In this document: positions 54,635 to 64,000 of the stretch, one piece after another | How positions within the stretch are numbered: position 1 is the stretch's first letter | How the letters are laid out: each line of letters starts with the position of its first letter | DNA from: Verrucomicrobiota bacterium | GTDB lineage: Bacteria > Verrucomicrobiota > Verrucomicrobiia > Verrucomicrobiales > Akkermansiaceae | Direction of reading: 5' to 3' | Assembly: GCA_037142115.1 (NCBI GenBank) | Contig: JBAXBG010000001.1 | Location: forward strand, 931 to 64,930 | Length of the DNA stretch: 64,000 bases | The notes under the pieces: model-generated | The model's database searches: none | What the model was told of the DNA's origin: nothing | What the model saw: the letters and a program-made list of their open reading frames with translations, nothing else | Translations under genes and position numbers: made by a program

Positions 54635-54643
54635 CACCACCCC

Positions 54644-55039
54644 ATGCACCTGACTTCCTTCCTGGCTGATCAATGCGGCGCCGCCGCCCTTGATTGGATG
54701 CTACGCGCCTTCGGCGTCGCGGCGATTGTCTGGGCCTTTTTCAAGGGCCTGAAATCGCTCGTCGCCAAACCGGCCGCGGCGCTTGCGCCGCAGCCCGCGG
54801 CGCTTGCGCCGCAGCCCGCAGCGGTCCTGCCGCAACCCGCGGCTCCCGCCGCCACGGTGGCCAAAGCCCCGGCACCGGCCCAACCCGAGGGCCTCACCCC
54901 GGAAATCATCGCCATCATCGCCGCTGCAGTCACCAGCGTTCTGGGCTCCGCCCACCGCATCGTGTCCATCAAGAGCCAAAATTCCCACTGGGAAAAAGCC
55001 GGCCGCCAATCCGTTCTCACCTCACACCGCATCCGCTAA
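54644..55039 (+). CDS. OadG-like small membrane subunit of a biotin-dependent decarboxylase (MmdD-like)
   Basis: N-terminal TM helix, an Ala/Pro linker, and a C-terminal LTPEIIAIIAAAVTSVLGSAHRIVSIK typical of OadG-family subunits. Confidence 0.7.
   Translation: MHLTSFLADQCGAAALDWMLRAFGVAAIVWAFFKGLKSLVAKPAAALAPQPAALAPQPAAVLPQPAAPAATVAKAPAPAQPEGLTPEIIAIIAAAVTSVLGSAHRIVSIKSQNSHWEKAGRQSVLTSHRIR
54776..54838 (+). repeat. 21-bp in-frame tandem repeat (x3) encoding (A)ALAPQP heptapeptides
   Basis: gcggcgcttgcgccgcagccc is exact at 54776-54796 and 54797-54817. A degenerate third copy is at 54818-54838. Confidence 0.85.
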
Positions 55040-55051
55040 TCCCACCACACC

Positions 55052-55429
55052 ATGGAACATCTTCGCATCACCGTTGCCGGCAAAGCTTACGACGTCGTCG
55101 TTGAAAAACTCGACTCCTCCGACACCGCCACCCCTGTCGCCCCCGTCCAGGTGCGCAGTGCCGCACCCGCCGCCGCCCGCCCCGCTCCATCTGCTCCCAA
55201 GCCCGTCGCCGCGGGCAGTGGCGACGCCACCAGCCCCTTGGCCGGCATCGTCCAGGCCATCGCTCTTGAAGTCGGCGCCCCGGTCAACGAAGGGGATCTG
55301 GTCATCACCCTCGAGGCCATGAAAATGTACACCGCCATCAACGCGCCCACCAGCGGCACGATCAAGGCCATCCTGGTCAAGGTCGGCGACGCCGTCGATG
55401 AAGGTCAGGTGCTCTACACGATCGGCTGA
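55052..55429 (+). CDS. biotin carboxyl carrier subunit (MmdC / 1.3S-like)
   Basis: Biotinyl domain with the LEAMKM motif and an Ala/Pro-rich linker. Confidence 0.9.
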   Translation: MEHLRITVAGKAYDVVVEKLDSSDTATPVAPVQVRSAAPAAARPAPSAPKPVAAGSGDATSPLAGIVQAIALEVGAPVNEGDLVITLEAMKMYTAINAPTSGTIKAILVKVGDAVDEGQVLYTIG

Positions 55430-55513
55430 TCCCGGCCGACTCCCTAACCACCACCTCGCCGGTCGCGCGGCCCCGTCCGTGGCGCGCCCGTCCGGCACTG
55501 CCTCCATGCTTTC

Positions 55514-57001
55514 ATGAACAGTCCATATCCCACCCTTACCGCCGACGAGGCCGCCGCGCTCATTCTCCACGACCAGGTCATCGGCTTCAGCGGGTTCACC
55601 CCCGCCGGTGCCGCCAAGGTCATCCCCACCGCCATTGCCCGCAAGGCCATCGCCGAGCACGACGCCGGCCGCGAGTTCAAGGTCGGCGTCATCACCGGCG
55701 CATCCACCGGCCCCTCGCTCGACGGCGAGCTCGCCAAGGCCGAGGCCATCAAGTTCCGCACCCCCTATCAGTCTAACAAGGATTTGCGCGCCAGCATCAA
55801 CGCCGGCAAGACGCATTTCTTCGACCTGCATCTCTCGATGCTGCCGCAATACGTCCGCTATGGCTTCCTCGGCCAGGTCGACTGGGCCATCGTCGAGGCG
55901 GCGGATGTTTCCATCGACGGCAAGATCCTGCTCACCACCAGCGTCGGGGCCTCCCCCACCTTCCTCACCCAGGCCAAGCACATCCTCATCGAGATCAACA
56001 AGCGCCATCCCAAGGAGCTGCTCGGCTTCCACGACATCTACGAGCCGCAGTCCCCGCCCAACCGCCGCCCGATCCCGATCTGCAACGCCGAAGACCGCAT
56101 CGGCACCCAGCGCGTCTGGGTCGATCCCAAAAAAATCGTCGGCATCGTCGAGTCCAACCACGAGGATGAAGTCAAGGAATTCACCCCGGTGACCGATGTC
56201 ACCACCCGCATCGGCCAGAACGTCGCCGAATTCCTCGCCGCCGAACTGCGCTGCGGCCACATCCCCAAAGGTTTCCTGCCGATCCAGTCCGGCGTCGGCA
56301 ATGTCGCCAACGCGGTGCTCGGCGCCATGGGCGATCACCCGGAAATCCCCCGCTTTCAGATGTATACCGAAGTGATTCAGGATTCGGTCATCGAGCTCAT
56401 CAAACGCGACCGCTGCAGTTTCGTGAGCGGCACTTCGCTCACCGTTAGCAACGCGGTGCTGCAGGACGTCTATGACAACCTGGAGAGCTACCGCGGCCGG
56501 ATGCTGCTGCGCCCGCAGGAAATCGCCAACAATCCGGAGATCGTGCGGCGCCTGGGCATCGTTTCCATCAACACCGCGCTCGAGGCCGACATCTTCGGCA
56601 ACATCAACAGCACCCACGTGCTCGGCCAGAAAATGATGAACGGCATCGGCGGCTCCGGGGACTTCACCCGCAACGCCTATATCTCGATCTTCACCTGCCC
56701 GTCCACCGCCAAGGGCGGCAGCATCTCGGCGATCGTGCCGATGTGCTCGCACATGGACCACAGTGAACACTCGGTGCAGGTGCTCATCACCGAACACGGC
56801 ATCGCCGACCTGCGCGGCAAGGACCCCCGCCAGCGCGCCCACACCATCATCAGCAACTGCGTGGACCCTTCCTACCGCGATCTGCTCTGGACCTACTTCC
56901 AACTCACCGAAAACGGCCACACCCCGCAATCGTTCCGGTCCGCCTTCGCGTTCCATGAGGCGTTCCTGGAAACCGGCGACATGCACCAGACCACCTTCTG
57001 A
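55514..57001 (+). CDS. succinyl-CoA:propionate/acetate CoA-transferase (acetyl-CoA hydrolase/transferase family)
   Basis: Collinear along its length with the ScpC/Cat1/AarC family (GFSGFTPAGAAK, GVITGASTG, SGVGNVANAV, NGIGGSGDF). Confidence 0.9.
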   Translation: MNSPYPTLTADEAAALILHDQVIGFSGFTPAGAAKVIPTAIARKAIAEHDAGREFKVGVITGASTGPSLDGELAKAEAIKFRTPYQSNKDLRASINAGKTHFFDLHLSMLPQYVRYGFLGQVDWAIVEAADVSIDGKILLTTSVGASPTFLTQAKHILIEINKRHPKELLGFHDIYEPQSPPNRRPIPICNAEDRIGTQRVWVDPKKIVGIVESNHEDEVKEFTPVTDVTTRIGQNVAEFLAAELRCGHIPKGFLPIQSGVGNVANAVLGAMGDHPEIPRFQMYTEVIQDSVIELIKRDRCSFVSGTSLTVSNAVLQDVYDNLESYRGRMLLRPQEIANNPEIVRRLGIVSINTALEADIFGNINSTHVLGQKMMNGIGGSGDFTRNAYISIFTCPSTAKGGSISAIVPMCSHMDHSEHSVQVLITEHGIADLRGKDPRQRAHTIISNCVDPSYRDLLWTYFQLTENGHTPQSFRSAFAFHEAFLETGDMHQTTF

Positions 57002-57058
57002 GACGACTCAAGGAGTGATGGCAGCCCGCCATCACTCTGCTTCCAACCATTCCACACC

Positions 57059-59122
57059 ATGAGCAAGCACACGCAAGCAGAACGCTTGCTGACGGATTTC
57101 CCCGCGCACAGCTACGAACAGTGGCACCAAGCCGCGGAGGCACTTCTCAAAGGCGCTAACTTCGAGCAGCGCCTTGTCAGCAAAACCTACGAAAACATCA
57201 CCATCCAGCCGATCTATCGGCGCGAGGACATCGCCAACCTGCCCCACCGCCAACACCTGCCCGGCACGGACTCGCTGGTGCGCGGCAGCCACCCGCAGGG
57301 ATTCCTCAAAACCGGCTGGGATGTCTCCCAGGAACTCCTGGCCGCCACCCCCGCCGAGCTCAACCGGCTCGCCCATGAAGGACTCAACGGCGGCCAGAGC
57401 GAACTGAATATCGCCGTCGGCTGCGGCCAAGCCGAGTGCTGCAAAGGCGGCGTCACCCTCAATTCCGCCGCCGAAGTGACCACCGCCCTCGCCGGGGTGG
57501 CCGTGGACTCGATCGCCAGCTACTGGCAATCCGGGCCCGCCAGCGTGCCGGTGGCCGCCTTGGTCATCGCCGGGGCCGAACAACTCGGCGTCCCCGCCGC
57601 CCAGCTGCGCGGCGGCTTCGAGAACGACCCGCTCGGCGAACTCGTCGTCAAGGGCAAGCTCCGCCACCCGCTCACGACCCGCTTCGACCACATGGCCGCG
57701 CTAACCGACTATGCCGCGAAGCACGCACCCAAGCTGCGCACCATCGCGATCAAGGGCGACGTCTATCACAATGCGGGTGCCACCGCCACCCAGGAACTGG
57801 GTTACGTCATCGCCACCCTGGTCTGTTATATCGAGGAGATGAAAGCCCGCGGCCTCTCGCCCGCGGCCGTCCTGCCGCGCGTGCGCATCCGCCTCGCTGT
57901 CGGTTCGGACTATTTCATGGAGATCGCCAAGATCCGCGCCGCCCGCTGGCTGTGGAGCAAGGTCGCCGCCTCCTACGGGGTGCCTAACGCCCCGGTCCAC
58001 GTTCACGCCTGCACCTCGAAGTGGAACAAGACCACCTACGACGCCCATACCAACATGCTGCGCGTCACCGCGGAGGCGTTTGCCGCCGTTGTCGGTGGTG
58101 TTGACAGCCTGCACATCGGCCCCTACGACGAGATCGCCGGCCACTCCGACGAGTTCTCGCGCCGCATCGCCCGCAACGTCCACATCATCCTGCGCGAGGA
58201 GTGCGGGCTCGACCACGTGATCGACCCGGCCGGCGGATCCACCTACATCGAGTGGCTCACCGACCAAATCGCCGCCAAAAGCTGGGAGATCTTCCAAGGC
58301 ATCGAAGCACAGGGCGGCATGCTCGCCGGCCTCGAAAACGGCTCGGTCCAACAGTCGGTCGAGGCGGTCTGCAAGGCCAAGCTCCAGAACATCCGCCGCC
58401 GCAAGGACAAGATCATCGGAACGAACATGTATCCCGACCTCAAGGGCAAAAAGCTCGCGGTGCTCACCCCGGAATGCAAGTCCGCCCAGGCCCCAGCCTC
58501 CGCGCCACCCGCTCCAGCGCCCGCCCAGGTCACCGCCTCCGCCGACGCCACGATGGTCGAACAAGCCATCGCCGCCGCCCTCAAGGGTGCCACCCGCATG
58601 GCGCTGGCCATCGCCACCGGCCTAACCAACACCGATGGCGCCCCGTCCGTCACCCCCCTGCCGGCGCGCCGCGCCGCCGAGGAATACGAAGCCCTGCGCG
58701 ATGCCTCAGCCGCCTTCGCCGAAAAAACCGGGGCCGCCCCGGCGATCCTGCAATTGAACATCGGCCCGTCCGGCCGCTACCGCCTGCGCGCCGACTGGAC
58801 CGCCTCGTTCTTCGAGGCCGCCGGTTTCGCCATCGACGGCAGCCGTGATTTTGCCACCGCCGCCGAAGCCGTGGCCGCCCTCGCCGCCAGCCCGGCGACC
58901 ATCGCGGTCATCACCTCGGACGACGCCACCTACCAGGAAACTGTCGCCCCGCTCGCCACCGCCATCAAGGCGGCCCGGCCCGGCGTCACCCTGTTGGTCG
59001 CGGGCGCCCCCGGCGACCACGAGGCCGCCTGGCGCGCCGCCGGCGTCGATGACTTCGTCAACGTCCGCAGCAACAACTACGAACTCAACCACACGCTCCT
59101 CGCCAAGGCGGGGGTCATCTAA
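57059..59122 (+). CDS. mutA: methylmalonyl-CoA mutase small (beta) subunit
   Basis: Mutase barrel-like N-terminal region (PIYRREDI, AIKGDVYHNAGATATQELG), an Ala/Pro linker, and a degenerate B12-domain-like C-terminus. Located immediately upstream of mutB. Confidence 0.9.
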   Translation: MSKHTQAERLLTDFPAHSYEQWHQAAEALLKGANFEQRLVSKTYENITIQPIYRREDIANLPHRQHLPGTDSLVRGSHPQGFLKTGWDVSQELLAATPAELNRLAHEGLNGGQSELNIAVGCGQAECCKGGVTLNSAAEVTTALAGVAVDSIASYWQSGPASVPVAALVIAGAEQLGVPAAQLRGGFENDPLGELVVKGKLRHPLTTRFDHMAALTDYAAKHAPKLRTIAIKGDVYHNAGATATQELGYVIATLVCYIEEMKARGLSPAAVLPRVRIRLAVGSDYFMEIAKIRAARWLWSKVAASYGVPNAPVHVHACTSKWNKTTYDAHTNMLRVTAEAFAAVVGGVDSLHIGPYDEIAGHSDEFSRRIARNVHIILREECGLDHVIDPAGGSTYIEWLTDQIAAKSWEIFQGIEAQGGMLAGLENGSVQQSVEAVCKAKLQNIRRRKDKIIGTNMYPDLKGKKLAVLTPECKSAQAPASAPPAPAPAQVTASADATMVEQAIAAALKGATRMALAIATGLTNTDGAPSVTPLPARRAAEEYEALRDASAAFAEKTGAAPAILQLNIGPSGRYRLRADWTASFFEAAGFAIDGSRDFATAAEAVAALAASPATIAVITSDDATYQETVAPLATAIKAARPGVTLLVAGAPGDHEAAWRAAGVDDFVNVRSNNYELNHTLLAKAGVI

Positions 59123-59128
59123 CTAAAA

Positions 59129-59298
59129 AGACACAAGACTTCAAGACACAAGACGCAAGACAAGACCACTCGCACGATCTCGTCCCTATAACTCTCCATT
59201 TCATGACTTCTCTCCTCATCACACGTCTCACCGGTCCAAGCCCGCGCCGTCCCATGCTGGCTCTGCTCTTGTGTCTTGTGTCTTGAAGTCTTGCGTCT
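59129..59298. repeat. 33-bp inverted repeat pair (30/33 complementary) built from AAGACNC heptads, with a 104-bp spacer, between mutA and mutB
   Basis: The left arm agacacaagacttcaagacacaagacgcaagac (59129-59161) matches the reverse complement of the right arm (59266-59298), agacgcaagacttcaagacacaagacacaagag. Confidence 0.85.
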
Positions 59299-59321
59299 AC
59301 CCCATTTCAGTTTCTACCACC

Positions 59322-61499
59322 ATGAGCCGTCCCAACTTCGCTGAGATTCCCTACACCGCCACGCCGCCCACCACCGGTTACGACCAGTGGTGCCAAGCGC
59401 TCGAAAACGAGCATGGTCAACCCATCGGCTCGATCGTGTGGAACACCATGGAAAAAATCCCGGTCAAGCCGCTCTACACCGAAGACGACATCGACGGCCT
59501 GGAGCACCTGCAGTATCAGGCCGGCATTGCTCCCTTCCTGCGCGGCCCCTACGCCACGATGTATTGCTTCCAACCGTGGACGATCCGCCAATACGCCGGG
59601 TTCTCCACCGCCGAGGAATCCAACGCCTTCTATCGGCGCAACCTCGCCGCCGGCCAGAAGGGCCTGTCCGTCGCCTTCGACCTCGCCACCCACCGCGGCT
59701 ATGACTCGGACCACCCGCGCGTCGTGGGCGATGTCGGCAAGGCGGGCGTCGCCATCGACTCGATCCTCGACATGAAGGTGCTCTTCGACAGCATCCCGCT
59801 GGACAAGGTTTCGGTGTCGATGACCATGAACGGCGCGGTGCTGCCGATCCTCGCGTTCTACATCGTCACCGCCCTCGAGCAGGGCGCCACCCTGGAACAA
59901 CTCGCCGGCACCATCCAGAACGACATCCTCAAGGAATACATGGTGCGCAACACCTATATCTATCCGCCAGGCCCGTCGATGAAGATCATCGCCGACATCT
60001 TCGAGTTCACCTCGCAGAAGATGCCCAAGTTCAACTCGATCTCGATCTCGGGCTATCACATGCAGGAAGCCGGCGCCACCGCCGACCTTGAAATGGCCTA
60101 CACCCTGGCCGACGGCTGGGAATACCTCCGCACCGGCATCGCCGCGGGCATCGACATCGACGCCTTCGCGCCGCGCCTGTCGTTCTTCTGGGCGCAGGGC
60201 AAGAACCACTTCATGGAAGTGGCCAAGATGCGCGCCGCGCGCGTGCTGTGGGCCAAGATCGTCAAGACCTTCAACCCGAAAAACCCCAAGTCGCTGGCCC
60301 TGCGCACCCACTCGCAGACGTCGGGCTGGAGCCTAACCGAACAGGACCCGTTCAACAACATCTCGCGCACCTGCATCGAGGCCATGGCCGCCACCCTCGG
60401 CCACACCCAGTCGCTGCACACCAACGCCCTCGACGAGGCGATCGCGCTGCCCACCGACTTCTCGGCCCGGATCGCGCGCAACACCCAGATTTTCCTCCAG
60501 GATGAGACCTCGATTTGCCGGGTGATCGACCCGTGGGGCGGCTCGTACTACCTGGAAGCCCTCACCCACGAGCTCATCCACCGCGCGTGGGGCCACATCA
60601 TGGAAGCTGCCGAACTCGGCGGAATGTCCAAGGCCGTCGAGGCCGGCATCCCCAAGATGCGCATCGAGGAAGCGTCCGCCAGACGCCAGGCGCGCATCGA
60701 CTCCGGCGAGGAAACCATCGTCGGCGTCAACAAATACCGCCTCGCCCAGGAAGCTCCCATCGACATCCTCGACGTCGACAACACCGCGGTGCGCATCTCC
60801 CAGATCGAACGCCTCAACAAACTCCGCGCCGAACGCGACGAGCCGAAATGCCAGGCCACCCTCAAAGCCCTGACCGATTGCGCCGGCGGCGGCGAAGGCA
60901 ACCTGCTGGCCCTCGCCATCGAGTGCGCCCAGGCCCGCGCCTCGCTCGGTGAAATCTCCGACGCGATGGAAGTCCACTTCGGCCGCTACAAGGCGGTCAT
61001 CCGCTCGATCTCCGGCGTCTATGGCAAGGAATTCAGCAATCAAGGCGATATGAAGGACATCCCCGACCTCATCCAACAATTCGAAGCCGCCGAAGGCCGC
61101 CGCCCGCGCATCATGATCGCCAAAATGGGCCAGGACGGCCACGATCGCGGTGCCAAAGTGGTTTCAACCGCCTACGCCGACATGGGCTTCGACGTCGATA
61201 TCGGTCCGCTGTTCCAAACCCCCGAGGAAACCGCCAGGCAAGCCGTCGAAAACGACGTCCATATCGTCGCCATGAGCTCGCTGGCCGCCGGCCACAAAAC
61301 CCTGCTGCCACAGCTCATCGCCGAACTCAAAAAACTCGGCCGCGACGACATCATGGTGGTCTGCGGTGGCGTCATCCCCGCCCAGGACTACGACTTCCTC
61401 TATCAAAACGGTGCCGCCGCCATCTTCGGCCCCGGCACCGTCATCCCCGACTCCGCCCGCAAGATTCTCCACCTGCTGCTTGAGCAGGCTGCGGACTGA
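59322..61499 (+). CDS. mutB: methylmalonyl-CoA mutase large (alpha) subunit, B12-dependent
   Basis: [29 protein letters not shown], the C-terminal B12-binding domain ([11 protein letters not shown]) and others. The ATG at 59322 (MSRPNFAE) is preferred. Confidence 0.95.
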   Translation: MSRPNFAEIPYTATPPTTGYDQWCQALENEHGQPIGSIVWNTMEKIPVKPLYTEDDIDGLEHLQYQAGIAPFLRGPYATMYCFQPWTIRQYAGFSTAEESNAFYRRNLAAGQKGLSVAFDLATHRGYDSDHPRVVGDVGKAGVAIDSILDMKVLFDSIPLDKVSVSMTMNGAVLPILAFYIVTALEQGATLEQLAGTIQNDILKEYMVRNTYIYPPGPSMKIIADIFEFTSQKMPKFNSISISGYHMQEAGATADLEMAYTLADGWEYLRTGIAAGIDIDAFAPRLSFFWAQGKNHFMEVAKMRAARVLWAKIVKTFNPKNPKSLALRTHSQTSGWSLTEQDPFNNISRTCIEAMAATLGHTQSLHTNALDEAIALPTDFSARIARNTQIFLQDETSICRVIDPWGGSYYLEALTHELIHRAWGHIMEAAELGGMSKAVEAGIPKMRIEEASARRQARIDSGEETIVGVNKYRLAQEAPIDILDVDNTAVRISQIERLNKLRAERDEPKCQATLKALTDCAGGGEGNLLALAIECAQARASLGEISDAMEVHFGRYKAVIRSISGVYGKEFSNQGDMKDIPDLIQQFEAAEGRRPRIMIAKMGQDGHDRGAKVVSTAYADMGFDVDIGPLFQTPEETARQAVENDVHIVAMSSLAAGHKTLLPQLIAELKKLGRDDIMVVCGGVIPAQDYDFLYQNGAAAIFGPGTVIPDSARKILHLLLEQAAD

Positions 61500-61507
61500 T
61501 AGAATGC

Positions 61508-61530
61508 AGCGGCGGTCGCCGACCGCCGCT
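61508..61530 (+). terminator. perfect GC-rich palindrome just after the mutB stop (candidate terminator, no U-tract)
   Basis: AGCGGCGGTCG-c-CGACCGCCGCT, with 11-nt arms, 9 nt after the TGA. Confidence 0.5.
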
Positions 61531-61798
61531 ACAAACCGGACCGCGAGGCTCCAGACTCGCCCGCGCAGCGTGTTGTGCAGGATCACTGACCCAAGGCCAC
61601 TCCTCATTGGCTACCTACTGGCCGTAGCGACAGAACGCCGCCACCACGGCCAGCCGCCGGAACGCGGCAGCCACATTGCGCAGTGAGGTTGATTGCAACA
61701 CGCGGGAGGCCGCCCGATCGCATTCTGACGAATGCGCCTACGGCTGAATCCGCGCTGGACTTTACCTAAAGGCAGGCCAACTTGGGTAAGACTTTGTC

Positions 61799-62890
61799 AT
61801 GGCTACGATTCGCAAAATCACCCTCAAGGACATCGCGGAGCAAACCGGGCTCACCCGGATGGCGGTCTCGCTCGCGCTGCGCAACAAACCGGGCGTCTCC
61901 GCCACCACGCGGGAGAAGGTCATGCAGGTGGCGACCCGCCTCGGGTATGAACCGGATCCCGAAGTCTCCAACCTGATGGCGCGGATCCGGTCGACCCGCC
62001 CGGCAGAGAACAAGGCGTGCATTGCCTTGCTCTCGTCGACCCCGGCAGGTGCCGCGGACTCCACCTCCATCACCGAGCGCAAATACATGGAAGGGGTCAT
62101 CGAGCGCGCCCGGCTTTATGGCTACCGGGTCGAGGAATTCGGCATCCAAGACCAGGGCATGACGCCGGAACGGGTTGGCTCGATCCTGTGGAGCCGGGGC
62201 ATCGAGGGCGTCATCCTGCGCCCGCTGCAATACGGCTTGTCGGGCGGCAAGTCGCGCACGATCCGCTTTGATTTCGAGCGCTTTGCCTCGGTGGCCATCA
62301 GTGAGACCATCGTGACCCCGGATTTGGACCGCTCGCTGCACGATCAATACACCGCCATGATCATCGCGATCACCGAACTCACGCGCCTGAACTATCAAAA
62401 CATCGGCTTGGTCCTCGCCGAGGATTTGCATCTGCGGGTCAATGGCCGCTGGACGGCGGCTTTCCTGCAATACTTTTACTCGCCGCACGCCAAGCACGCC
62501 ACTCCGCCGCTGATTCTGGACGGCTTCCGCCCGAAGGAATTCAGCCGCTGGTTCAACCGCCACCGCCCGGATGCCCTCGTCAGCGTGGACCGCTTCGGGT
62601 TGCGCCTGGCTCAAGACTGCGGCTTGAATATCCCCGGCGACGTGGGATATGCCACTTTGGATCTCGACGAGCTCGTACCGGAATATGCGGGCATGTCGGG
62701 CATCGACCAGAATTCCCACTTGGTCGGGGCCGCGGCCGTCGACATGCTGGTGGTCTCGATGCAGCGCAAACAACGCGGCATCCCGGTGCACCCGGTGCGC
62801 GTCGAAGTCGAGGGAATCTGGCACGCGGGCACCAGCACCCTGCGCCAGCACCACACCAGTGAGCGCACGGCACCCGCCGGCTTTAGGTAA
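61799..62890 (+). CDS. LacI-family transcriptional regulator
   Basis: N-terminal HTH ITLKDIAEQTGLTRMAVSLALRNKPGVSATTREKVMQVATRLGYEPD plus a periplasmic-binding-fold body. Confidence 0.9.
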   Translation: MATIRKITLKDIAEQTGLTRMAVSLALRNKPGVSATTREKVMQVATRLGYEPDPEVSNLMARIRSTRPAENKACIALLSSTPAGAADSTSITERKYMEGVIERARLYGYRVEEFGIQDQGMTPERVGSILWSRGIEGVILRPLQYGLSGGKSRTIRFDFERFASVAISETIVTPDLDRSLHDQYTAMIIAITELTRLNYQNIGLVLAEDLHLRVNGRWTAAFLQYFYSPHAKHATPPLILDGFRPKEFSRWFNRHRPDALVSVDRFGLRLAQDCGLNIPGDVGYATLDLDELVPEYAGMSGIDQNSHLVGAAAVDMLVVSMQRKQRGIPVHPVRVEVEGIWHAGTSTLRQHHTSERTAPAGFR

Positions 62891-63008
62891 AGGTGGGGCC
62901 ACCCTTGCGAAGCGATCCAAGTGCGGCTCCATTGGTTCCATCTTAACGGGTGAACGACGGGCCAGAGGGCACGCATCGCCATCCGCCAACCCAGTAGCAA
63001 ATCCAGTC

Positions 63009-63704
63009 ATGAAACATCACAGCGGACTTTGGAGCACCTGCCTGTTAGCCACCGTCTTGGCGGCAGGCGGGCTCTGCGCGGCCGAAAATTATCAGGCGTC
63101 ACTCCAGGCGGGCGACGCGCAACGGCAGAGCCAACATCCGGACGCGGCGCTGACGGAATATGAGGCCGCCCTCGGGCAGGCCGCCACCGACACCGAACGA
63201 GCGCTGGCCATGGGTAAAAAGGGCTATGTGCTGGCCTTTGACCGGAAGGATTATCCGGCCGCCCGCGCGCTGGTGCTACAAGCCTTGGCGCTGGAGAACA
63301 CCGCGCCGGTGGCGCAAGTCACCGCGCTCCAGGTCATGGCCGAGTGCCAGATGAAGGCAGACAAAAACTACGCGGCGGCAACCACCACGCTGGAAAAGGC
63401 CGGCCAACTCGCGGGCGTGGACTGGGCCCAACCCATGATCGCCCTGTCACTGGGTGACTGCCGGCGCTTTGCCGGACAGTTCGACCAGGCCATGGCCTCC
63501 TACCAGCGGATTGTCGACATGCCCGATGCGGACGCGACGATCAAGGCGATCGCCCATCTCAACCAGGGACTCACCTGGCAGTATGACCGCCAGGATTTCG
63601 CCAAGGCCAAGCTGGCCTATGCCGCCGCGCTGGCGCTCAAGCCCGATCTGAAGGCGGAGGTCGACGGCCACCTGGCGCGGATGTCCGCCACGGCCAACCC
63701 GTGA
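63009..63704 (+). CDS. secreted TPR-repeat protein
   Basis: Signal peptide MKHHSGLWSTCLLATVLAAGGLCAA, then Ala-rich TPR-like helices. The start at 63009 was chosen over the ORF start at 62649, which overlaps the LacI gene. Confidence 0.75.
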   Translation: MKHHSGLWSTCLLATVLAAGGLCAAENYQASLQAGDAQRQSQHPDAALTEYEAALGQAATDTERALAMGKKGYVLAFDRKDYPAARALVLQALALENTAPVAQVTALQVMAECQMKADKNYAAATTTLEKAGQLAGVDWAQPMIALSLGDCRRFAGQFDQAMASYQRIVDMPDADATIKAIAHLNQGLTWQYDRQDFAKAKLAYAAALALKPDLKAEVDGHLARMSATANP

Positions 63705-63744
63705 GCCGACGCCTCCTAATGGATCATTGCGATCATCCGCCATC

Positions 63745-64000
63745 ATGAAAACCGCGACTGCATGCCTAACCCTGCTGGCCGCCACGTTGCTAGTTTCCTG
63801 CAACGATAAGCAGGCGGACTCCGCCAGACCCGCCGCGCATGTTAGAGAGACCGGCAAGGTGCTGCTCGTCCACTACATGCCGTGGTATGAAGCGCCGTCG
63901 ATGCGCGGGAAATGGGGCAGCCATTGGACCGGCCACCAGTCCGAGCACCAACCCGGGCGCACAGGCAGCAACGGCCTGCCCGACATCTGGTCGAATTACC
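63745..64000 (+). CDS. lipoprotein, 5' partial at the window end (possible glycoside hydrolase)
   Basis: ATG at 63745 and a lipobox LLVSC. The frame MKTATACLTLLAATLLVSCNDKQ...LLVHYMPWYEAPSMRGKWGSHWTG is open to the window end. Confidence 0.55.
   Translation, partial: MKTATACLTLLAATLLVSCNDKQADSARPAAHVRETGKVLLVHYMPWYEAPSMRGKWGSHWTGHQSEHQPGRTGSNGLPDIWSNY

Noticed and set aside
59203-59286. 27-aa ORF ([27 protein letters not shown]) within the spacer and right arm of the mutA-mutB inverted repeat.
   Set aside because: Its 3' third is simply the repeat arm read in frame. It has no recognisable RBS or family. It is more likely a by-product of the repeat element.
63721-63738. Imperfect palindrome GGATCATTGCGATCATCC 7 bp upstream of the partial lipoprotein gene. 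It was considered as an operator for the nearby LacI-family regulator.
   Set aside because: Only 14 of 18 positions are symmetric, and it also reads as a GATCAT direct repeat. It lacks the usual central CG of LacI operators. It cannot be validated without comparative footprinting.
1-64000. Search for tRNA, rRNA or tmRNA genes, CRISPR arrays, and classical defence or toxin-antitoxin modules.
   Set aside because: No GGTTCGAATCC-type T-arm signatures were seen outside coding frames. There are no regularly spaced 25-40-bp repeats. No nuclease, methylase or toxin-like gene sets were recognised. The intergenic repeats found are at most 4 copies and are reported separately.

Overview
Visibly GC-rich bacterial chromosomal segment. 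The gene content points to Verrucomicrobiota, probably Opitutales-like (inference): many autotransporter-associated beta-strand repeat (PATR) proteins, PEP-CTERM anchors, prepilin-like proteins with an H-X9-DG C-terminus, and an ECF sigma factor paired with a Ser/Thr kinase. Layout: (1) 1-4.4 kb holds a pirin-like fragment, a YceI-like lipoprotein and a large PAS/GAF hybrid histidine kinase. (2) 4.9-21.0 kb (+ strand) is a glycan-degradation locus headed by an ECF sigma and a Ser/Thr kinase, with two PATR proteins, a GH28-like enzyme, a clan GH-A enzyme, a prepilin-like protein and a GH43-PATR fusion. (3) 21.0-40.2 kb (- strand) is a convergent second locus headed by an ECF sigma and a FecR anti-sigma. 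It encodes a protein built from two copies of an unassigned domain, a 2186-aa PATR-SGNH-PEP-CTERM giant, a GH16+CBM6 enzyme carrying a third copy of that domain, a prepilin-like protein, a GH15-like enzyme, a 244-aa secreted protein and a GH66-like enzyme. (4) 40.4-52.3 kb is housekeeping and miscellaneous: PPi-phosphofructokinase, SUI1, a RAYT-like Y1 transposase, an FN3 protein, 2-oxoacid dehydrogenase E1a/E1b/E2, another ECF sigma/anti-sigma pair, YihY and DUF2961/GH172. (5) 52.6-61.5 kb is a succinate-to-propionate cluster: epimerase, carboxyltransferase, OadG-like protein, biotin carrier, CoA-transferase, mutA and mutB. (6) 61.8-64.0 kb holds a LacI regulator, a TPR protein and a partial lipoprotein. 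No rRNA, tRNA or CRISPR array was recognised. The most interesting items are the unassigned ~195-aa 'TPVWSIWCYGGGGGG' domain family, the parallel architecture of the two ECF-headed loci, and a set of heptanucleotide-repeat and inverted-repeat elements inside operons. No defence-type or otherwise clearly new multi-gene system could be demonstrated from sequence alone. All family assignments come from motif recognition by eye, not from database searches.
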